From: an uncultured virus (IMG/VR IMGVR_UViG_3300005340_000005) | Taxonomy: Duplodnaviria > Heunggongvirae > Uroviricota > Caudoviricetes | Length of the DNA: 64,000 nt | IMG/VR virus record: IMGVR_UViG_3300005340_000005 | Strand: one strand, 5' to 3' | In this document: in pieces, positions 58,136 through 64,000 of the stretch | Layout: each line of letters starts with the position of its first letter | How positions within the stretch are numbered: position 1 is the first letter of the stretch | Notes under the pieces: generated by a model | The model's database searches: none | What the model was told of the DNA's origin: nothing | What the model saw: only the letters and a program-made list of their open reading frames with translations | Program-made: the position numbers and the translations under genes

Positions 58136-59690
58136 CAAATCAGCAATCGAATGGACCGAGGCGACCTGGAATCCGACGCGCGGATGCTCGATGGTCTCGC
58201 CGGGCTGCACGAACTGTTATGCCATGAAGCAGGCGCACCGCTTCTCTGGCGACAGCAGGACTACGAAGGCGGGCACGCGCACTGGGCCTCAGGCGTACTC
58301 GGGGCTCACTCGCTTGACCAGCAACGGGCCTGTTTGGACGGGCGAGGTCCGCCTTGTCGAGGCAAAGCTAGAAGTACCACTGCGTTGGAAGCGGCCGCGC
58401 CGAATCTTTGTCAACTCGATGAGCGACCTGTTCCACGAAAGACTGAGCGACGAGCAGATTGATCGAGTCTTCGCCGTGATGGCGCTCTGCCCGCAGCATA
58501 CCTTTCAAGTGCTCACTAAGCGCGCAGAGAGGATGCGCGACTACCTCTGCAGCCGCGATACCTGGATTCGTCTGACCGAGCGGATCTTCAGAACCGTCTC
58601 GAAGTACAAGCTCGATGAATTCCTTCTTCTGCAATGCACCTTCGAACAAGACGAGCGATCCTTTGTCAACATACCGATTTCCAACGCTTGGCTCGGCGTC
58701 TCCGTTGAAGACCAGAAGACCGCAGACGAGAGAATCCCCTGGCTCCTCAAGACTCCTGCCGCTGTTCGGTGGGTGAGCGCGGAACCTTTACTCTCGTCCG
58801 TGGATCTGTCAGAATATCTCAAAGGACACACACCGAATGACAAAGGACGATCAGGCATTCTTGGCGCTGTTGGCGATCGGCGTATTCTCGATAGACGACA
58901 AGGGGCGTATCTGGCGACACCGGCGGCTGATAGCCGGGAGCAAAATCGGGTCGCCCCCGTTTTGGAAGGATTTGCCCAAGAAACGCCGGGCGGAAACCAG
59001 CAGTTCCGGGAAGAGGCGGGAGAACTCCAGCATTTATCTACGAGTGATGTTCACGACTGTCGGGGACAAGCGATGGAGCGTGGATGCGCATCGGGTTGTC
59101 TGGATGACAGCCAACCAAAAGGATATTCCGCCAGCAATGGAACCCAACCACAAAAACGGGAACGGAGCCGACAACAGACCGGAGAATCTCGAACTCCTGA
59201 CCCATCCGCAGAACACTCTCCACGCGATCCACGAATTGGGCAAGATCGCTCGACCTCGGAAGATGAACGGCGACAAGCTGACACCCGCTCAAGTGTTAGA
59301 GGTTCGCAGTCTCTGCGACCAGAAGGCGATGGCGCGGAGCGAGATAGCGAAGCTGTACGGTCTGAGTCTCAATTCAATCGTCAACATAGCCAACCGCAAG
59401 ACCTGGAAATATATCCCCGAGTTGACTGGGTAATAATCGGCGGAGAATCCGGACCTCATTCCAGACCCTTCGATGTCCAGTGGGCGCGAGACACCATCGC
59501 GCAATTCCGAGCCGCCGGCGTGCCCGTGTTTGTGAAGCAAATGGGCAGCAAGCCAACTACCGACCACCGGACGCGACCCAAAGACGAAGGAGCTCACTGG
59601 ACGACTCTTCTCAAAGACAAGAAGGGCGGCAACCCGGATGAATGGCCAGCGGATCTACGCGTCCGCGAATTTCCGGAGGTCGCAAAGTGA
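58128..59690 (+). CDS. DUF5131 (Gp37/Gp68-like) protein with a ~200-aa insertion
   Basis: IEWTEATWNPTRGC..VSPGCTNCYA, FVNSMSDLFH, LTKR, SAEPLL, DWVIIGGESG, FVKQMG. Confidence 0.88.
   Translation: MSDKSAIEWTEATWNPTRGCSMVSPGCTNCYAMKQAHRFSGDSRTTKAGTRTGPQAYSGLTRLTSNGPVWTGEVRLVEAKLEVPLRWKRPRRIFVNSMSDLFHERLSDEQIDRVFAVMALCPQHTFQVLTKRAERMRDYLCSRDTWIRLTERIFRTVSKYKLDEFLLLQCTFEQDERSFVNIPISNAWLGVSVEDQKTADERIPWLLKTPAAVRWVSAEPLLSSVDLSEYLKGHTPNDKGRSGILGAVGDRRILDRRQGAYLATPAADSREQNRVAPVLEGFAQETPGGNQQFREEAGELQHLSTSDVHDCRGQAMERGCASGCLDDSQPKGYSASNGTQPQKRERSRQQTGESRTPDPSAEHSPRDPRIGQDRSTSEDERRQADTRSSVRGSQSLRPEGDGAERDSEAVRSESQFNRQHSQPQDLEIYPRVDWVIIGGESGPHSRPFDVQWARDTIAQFRAAGVPVFVKQMGSKPTTDHRTRPKDEGAHWTTLLKDKKGGNPDEWPADLRVREFPEVAK
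58837..59433 (+). CDS. HNH homing endonuclease nested in the +1 frame of the DUF5131 gene
   Basis: AHRVVW...NHKNGNGADNRPENLE...N..H; C-terminal HTH (KLT..QV.E...EIAKLYG......I...TWKYI); AAAGGA upstream. Confidence 0.88.
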   Translation: MTKDDQAFLALLAIGVFSIDDKGRIWRHRRLIAGSKIGSPPFWKDLPKKRRAETSSSGKRRENSSIYLRVMFTTVGDKRWSVDAHRVVWMTANQKDIPPAMEPNHKNGNGADNRPENLELLTHPQNTLHAIHELGKIARPRKMNGDKLTPAQVLEVRSLCDQKAMARSEIAKLYGLSLNSIVNIANRKTWKYIPELTG

Positions 59691-60142
59691 ACCACAAACA
59701 ACGTGTGGCGCTCGAGAATCACTGCCGCTTCGCTTTTGAGACGATGAACCCCGCGTTCCATCACCTGAGCGACGAAGGCTACAGTCTGATCATCACCGTC
59801 AATTCCGGTTATGAGTGAATCGAAGAAGGTTACGGCGGGCCAGTTTGGCACGCGAGCGCATCGAGCGGTTTGATCCAGATTCACAGTCGAATTCTCAGAG
59901 GCGTTGTCCATCACGCTCTGGAGGGTGTGGGCCTTCCACTATTGGGCGAGTGGGAAGAATGGACGGGCAAAGCATTCCATCTTCGTCGACGGCTTCGGCG
60001 CACGGAGGAAGAGATCATCGGTGCTGCGTGCGACTTGAGAGGAACTCCTGAAGCAAAGAGGCGCTATCAAGCTTCACTTTGGTTCTTGCCACCAGCCGGG
60101 TTGGAAGTGGCACTGCAAGAAATGTCGGAGGTCGCACGTTGA
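59687..60142 (+). pseudogene. hypothetical gene interrupted by an in-frame TGA at 59816-59818
   Basis: GTG start (GGAGG SD, GTGA overlap) is in frame with the 59870-60142 ORF across a single TGA. Confidence 0.55.
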
Positions 60143-61344
60143 CCAAGCAAGGAAACATCTTCGACGACGTCCGAATGAAGCTCCCAGAGGCGATCGACCT
60201 TACTGTCGAGTCACTCAAGGCCTATGGTCTGAAGTATCGGCACTGGGCCATGGCCTTCTCTGGCGGCAAGGACTCGTCGGCGCTGGTTTCCTTGGTTGCT
60301 GTCCTGATCGAACAGGAACGGATTCCCGCTCCCGAAAGCCTCACGGTCTTCTACGCGGACACGCGCCAGGAGCTGCCACCGCTCTGGGTCTCAGCGATGG
60401 GCATTATGGACGCCCTGGGCGAGCGCGGCATTGAGACTCACGTCGTTCTGCCTCCGATGGACAAACGCTATTTCGTGTACATCCTCGGTCGAGGAGTTCC
60501 TCCACCAAACAACAACACGCTTCGATGGTGCACGCGACAAATCAAAGTTGATCCGATGGTTGCAGCTCTACGCGGTCAACGTGAACGCGCCGGCGAGAAA
60601 CTCTTGATGCTGACCGGCGTTCGAGTCGGAGAGTCGGCCGCTCGAGATCAGAGGATCGCTCTCTCGTGCTCGAGAGACGGCGGCGAATGTGGGCAAGGTT
60701 GGTTTCAACAGAGCACACCTGAAAGCGTCGCAGATACATTGGCGCCGCTTCTTCACTGGAGAGTGTGTCACGTCTGGGCGTGGCTGGCCTCGCACGCACC
60801 GCTTGAAGGCTTCCCGACTCGGACAGTGGCGACGGTATACGGCGGCGATGAAGCAGAAGAGATGAACGCGCGGACAGGTTGCATCGGTTGTCCGCTTGCA
60901 ACGAAAGACACTGCGCTTGACGCAATCCTAAAGCTACCTGAGTGGGCTTACCTCTGCCCGTTGAAGCGACTGCGGCCGCTCTACCGTGAACTAAGAGAGC
61001 CACGGTGGAGACTTCGACAGGCGGGAGCCGAGCGACTCAAGGACGGTTCTATCGCGGCCAACCCACAGAGGATGGGGCCGCTCACGATGGATGCCCGCCG
61101 GCACGGCCTATCAATTGTCCTCGGAGTTCAGGACGAGATCAACGCCGCGGCTCGGGCCACCGGTAGACCTTTAATCAGTCTCATCAACGACGAAGAGCAA
61201 TCCCGAATCGAGCAATTGATCGAAGAGAACACCTGGCCAGAGAAGTGGTCGGGTGACGAACCGGTTGCCGACGTGATGCTCGAAAAGATCTTCGGCGACG
61301 GATCTGCGCAGCCGTTGCTCGGAGAGGACTGGGGGCAGCTATGA
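60139..61344 (+). CDS. PAPS reductase-family (DndC-like) protein
   Basis: AFSGGKDS, ADT..E, RWCT..IK, GVR..ES..R, RTGCIGC; TTG start with GGAGG. Confidence 0.85.
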   Translation: MTKQGNIFDDVRMKLPEAIDLTVESLKAYGLKYRHWAMAFSGGKDSSALVSLVAVLIEQERIPAPESLTVFYADTRQELPPLWVSAMGIMDALGERGIETHVVLPPMDKRYFVYILGRGVPPPNNNTLRWCTRQIKVDPMVAALRGQRERAGEKLLMLTGVRVGESAARDQRIALSCSRDGGECGQGWFQQSTPESVADTLAPLLHWRVCHVWAWLASHAPLEGFPTRTVATVYGGDEAEEMNARTGCIGCPLATKDTALDAILKLPEWAYLCPLKRLRPLYRELREPRWRLRQAGAERLKDGSIAANPQRMGPLTMDARRHGLSIVLGVQDEINAAARATGRPLISLINDEEQSRIEQLIEENTWPEKWSGDEPVADVMLEKIFGDGSAQPLLGEDWGQL

Positions 61345-61592
61345 GAACACCAACCGCTCGACAGCTGGCGCGCCTCGCCGTGCTCGCACATCGCAAACGC
61401 GCATCAGGCATTCGCACTGACGCCGCCGGCAGCCCCAGCGAAAGCTTCAATCGGCCGCTGCTGAATCAGATTCGCCAGGCACGCTCGGAACTCTTCGACC
61501 TGGGACCGGCTCCGAGGTATGAGATCGCGGCGCTCGACAAGTGGAATATGCGTGGAATTGAGAAGCGCGTGAGGAAGGCTTTGTATGGCTGA
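61341..61592 (+). CDS. hypothetical protein
   Basis: ATGA overlap. Confidence 0.5.
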   Translation: MRTPTARQLARLAVLAHRKRASGIRTDAAGSPSESFNRPLLNQIRQARSELFDLGPAPRYEIAALDKWNMRGIEKRVRKALYG

Positions 61593-61737
61593 GGACGGCC
61601 CTTCCTGCCCAACCTGCGGGGAACCAGCGGAGTGGCGCGACTGCCCGGAGTGCGGCGGTGCGGGAACCATTGAATGCGTCTGCCAGGGAGATGGCGGCGA
61701 GTACTACTGCCCGCTGGGGTGCGAGGGGTATGAATAG
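61585..61737 (+). CDS. small Cys-rich zinc-finger protein
   Basis: CPTCG..CPECGGAG..C.C..CP; read by eye. Confidence 0.5.
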   Translation: MAEDGPSCPTCGEPAEWRDCPECGGAGTIECVCQGDGGEYYCPLGCEGYE

Positions 61738-61745
61738 GAGGAATC

Positions 61746-62108
61746 GTGAGTAAGTCCTACGAACAGCATCTTGACGAGAGGTTGCGAACAGAGGCGGAAC
61801 GCTTGGCCTACCTGCAAGCCTGCCTTGAACTCGGCGATGCGGATGTATTGCAGCTGGCTGTCCGGGATGTGCTTCGGGCCGCGGAACAGCCAGTGGCGTT
61901 ACCGACGACTGGGTCGCTTGATCTTGAGGCGATAAGGGATATGCGGAAATTTCAGGCGAAGCTTCGCAAGGGTTTTATGACCTGCGTATCCAGCTCGCCC
62001 GATTACTACGTGAGGATTCAATTTACAAAGCTAGAGGATGCCCAAACCCTTTTTGGGGAAATGGCCCGTATCAAGGACTGGCCGACTGCGGGGGAGGCCG
62101 AAGCTTGA
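61746..62108 (+). CDS. protein with an addiction-module antidote-like N-terminus
   Basis: AYLQACLELGDADVLQLAVRDVLRA; AGGAGG SD. Confidence 0.6.
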   Translation: MSKSYEQHLDERLRTEAERLAYLQACLELGDADVLQLAVRDVLRAAEQPVALPTTGSLDLEAIRDMRKFQAKLRKGFMTCVSSSPDYYVRIQFTKLEDAQTLFGEMARIKDWPTAGEAEA

Positions 62109-62422
62109 CCTCCAAAAACCACTTCACAAAGGCGATCACAATCGCCACCTCGGCCTTCAATCGCGTCGTCGCAACCAACGAGCGGCTCGCCGAAGACCTG
62201 CGCCAGCGCAAGCAGCTGGTCATCAGCGACACCGCGGCGGTAGCAATCCTTCGTGAAGCCCTGGCCGGCGCTGTCGGCTGGCGCGAAAGAGCCCGGGCGC
62301 TGTTGGGGTTGAGCGAGCAGATTGAGTGTAGGAAGTGCGGTGACCTCTTTCCGAGCGGTGGGAAGCGGAAGAAGAGTTGTGGGAAATGCCGGTGGGATTA
62401 TGCCACCAGGAGCTTTAAGTAG
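62105..62422 (+). CDS. hypothetical protein with zinc ribbon
   Basis: CRKCG...CGKC. Confidence 0.6.
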   Translation: MTSKNHFTKAITIATSAFNRVVATNERLAEDLRQRKQLVISDTAAVAILREALAGAVGWRERARALLGLSEQIECRKCGDLFPSGGKRKKSCGKCRWDYATRSFK

Positions 62423-62428
62423 CCAGTT

Positions 62429-64000
62429 ATGCGTCGAGATAACAAACGCCAGAAGAAGATTGCGACTGACGACTATCAGGAGTTCTTGCGCAACAAGATC
62501 AACCTGGAGCACGAGTCTGGCTTTGTTGTCTCCGATGAGGATATTAACCCTGTCCTGATGCCTCACCAGAGGGACGGGGTCAGATGGGGGCTACGCGGCG
62601 GTCAGCGAGCGCTGTTCGAGGCCTTTGGACTCGGCAAGAGTGTTCAGCAGCTCGAGATCTGCAGGCTCGTCCTGAAGCATTTGGGTATCGGCCGGGCCCT
62701 AATCGTTACCCCTCTCGGCGTGCGCCAGGAATTCAAGCACGACGCGGTTGAGCTCCTCGGCTGGGACCAGGCGCCGACCTTCGTTCGGTTCAGCGAAGAA
62801 GTACTCGCGGCCGATGCCGTCAACATCTTTTTGACCAACTATGAATCGATCAGAGATGGTCGCTTGGACGTCAATCTCTTCGATTGCATTAGTCTCGATG
62901 AGGCGAGCTGCTTGCGCGGCTTCGGCGGGACGAAGACCTTCCGGGAGTTTATGCGACTCTTCGAAGGGAACCAGAAGCTGAAGTATCGCTTCGTTGCAAC
63001 TGCTACTCCCTCACCGAACGACTACATTGAACTACTGGCCTATGCCGCATTCCTCGAGATCTCCGATGTCTCGGCCGCGAAGACTCGCTTCTTCAAACGC
63101 GACTCCACCAAAGCTGATCACCTGACTATTCATCCGCACAAAACCAGAGAGTTTTGGTTGTGGGTTTCGACCTGGGCGCTCTTCCTGCAGTCGCCGGCGG
63201 ATCTCGGTTATGACGCCACCGGCTACGATCTCCCTGAACTCGAGGTTGTCTATCACGAGGTTAACGTTGATCACACGACCGCGCTCCCAGAACCTGACGG
63301 CCAATACCGAATGTATCGCGACTCCACTCACGGGGTCGTAGAAGCGGCCAGAGAGAAGCGAGATACATTGCCGCAGCGTGTTGCGAAGATGCAAGAGATC
63401 CTGGCTGAGAGTCCGGATGATCATTTCCTGCTCTGGCACGATCTGGAGGATGAGCGGCGCGCAATCGAGAAAGCTGTCCCATCGGCCGTCACGGTTTACG
63501 GGACACAGGACCTCGACGAAAGAGAACGCGCGGTAATCGACTTCAGCGAGGGGCGTACTAAATATCTGGCTGGCAAGCCCGTCCTCGTTGGCTCAGGTTG
63601 CAACTTTCAATACCACTGCCACAGGGCAATCTTTGTTGGCATCGGTTTCAAGTTCAATGACTTCATCCAGGCCTGCCATCGGATCCGGCGATACCTTCAG
63701 CCACATCGGGTAAGAATCGACATCATATACGCAGAGAGCGAGCGATCGGTCCTTCAGACTCTTCAACGCAAGTGGGCGCAGCACGAAGAGATGTGCAAGA
63801 CGATGACCGACATCATTCGTGAATACGGGCTCTCTCAGGAAGCGATGATGAAAGAGCTCACCCGCGGCTTCGGCGTCGAGCGAGTGGAGATCAAGGGCCC
63901 GAACCACACGATCGTAAACAACGACAGCATTCTTGAGTGCCGGGAGATGGAGAGCAACAGCGTTCATCTGATTCTGACCTCGATACCGTTCTCCACACAG
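62429..64000 (+). CDS. SNF2-like helicase fused to a DNA methyltransferase (truncated by the window end)
   Basis: Read by eye: LMPHQ, FGLGKS, TNYE, LDEAS, TATPSPND, GCNFQ, then SVHLILTSIPF (MTase motif IV-like). Confidence 0.85.
   Translation, partial: MRRDNKRQKKIATDDYQEFLRNKINLEHESGFVVSDEDINPVLMPHQRDGVRWGLRGGQRALFEAFGLGKSVQQLEICRLVLKHLGIGRALIVTPLGVRQEFKHDAVELLGWDQAPTFVRFSEEVLAADAVNIFLTNYESIRDGRLDVNLFDCISLDEASCLRGFGGTKTFREFMRLFEGNQKLKYRFVATATPSPNDYIELLAYAAFLEISDVSAAKTRFFKRDSTKADHLTIHPHKTREFWLWVSTWALFLQSPADLGYDATGYDLPELEVVYHEVNVDHTTALPEPDGQYRMYRDSTHGVVEAAREKRDTLPQRVAKMQEILAESPDDHFLLWHDLEDERRAIEKAVPSAVTVYGTQDLDERERAVIDFSEGRTKYLAGKPVLVGSGCNFQYHCHRAIFVGIGFKFNDFIQACHRIRRYLQPHRVRIDIIYAESERSVLQTLQRKWAQHEEMCKTMTDIIREYGLSQEAMMKELTRGFGVERVEIKGPNHTIVNNDSILECREMESNSVHLILTSIPFSTQ

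Noticed and set aside
58800..59440. Group I intron or intein around the HNH gene
   Set aside because: No spare sequence for a ribozyme core, no intein terminal motifs, and the HNH is out of frame with the host gene
1..64000. CRISPR array, diversity-generating retroelement or retron
   Set aside because: No repeat-spacer array, reverse transcriptase motifs or TR/VR pair was seen by eye
1..64000. Genome-wide stop-codon reassignment
   Set aside because: Genes are intact in the standard code and all three stops are used; only one internal TGA was noticed

Overview
The window is a largely continuous temperate tailed-phage genome with a podovirus-like (short tail, ejection protein) layout, apparently in excised or circularly permuted form. 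In order it carries: an attP-like site (3' half of tRNA-Gly(CCC) flanked by arm-type repeats, 269-524); a putative small terminase; two likely ejection proteins, including a 3957-aa polyvalent protein; TerL, portal, scaffold, capsid and adaptor/tail genes; a block of signal-peptide and membrane proteins; a tyrosine integrase and CI/Cro-like switch (43.9-47.1 kb); and a rightward early region with recombination, resolvase and DNA-modification genes, ending in a truncated SNF2-methylase fusion. The main points of interest are four. (1) The giant protein has a GGDEF-like cyclase directly fused to an Acb1-like 2H phosphodiesterase. (2) Several SD-equipped genes are nested in the +1 frame of other genes, including a complete HNH endonuclease inside an uninterrupted DUF5131 ORF. 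(3) The attP lies about 43 kb from the integrase, where integration would separate early from late genes. (4) A fibre-like protein carries a Sec signal peptide. All family assignments are by-eye motif recognition; no searches were run.
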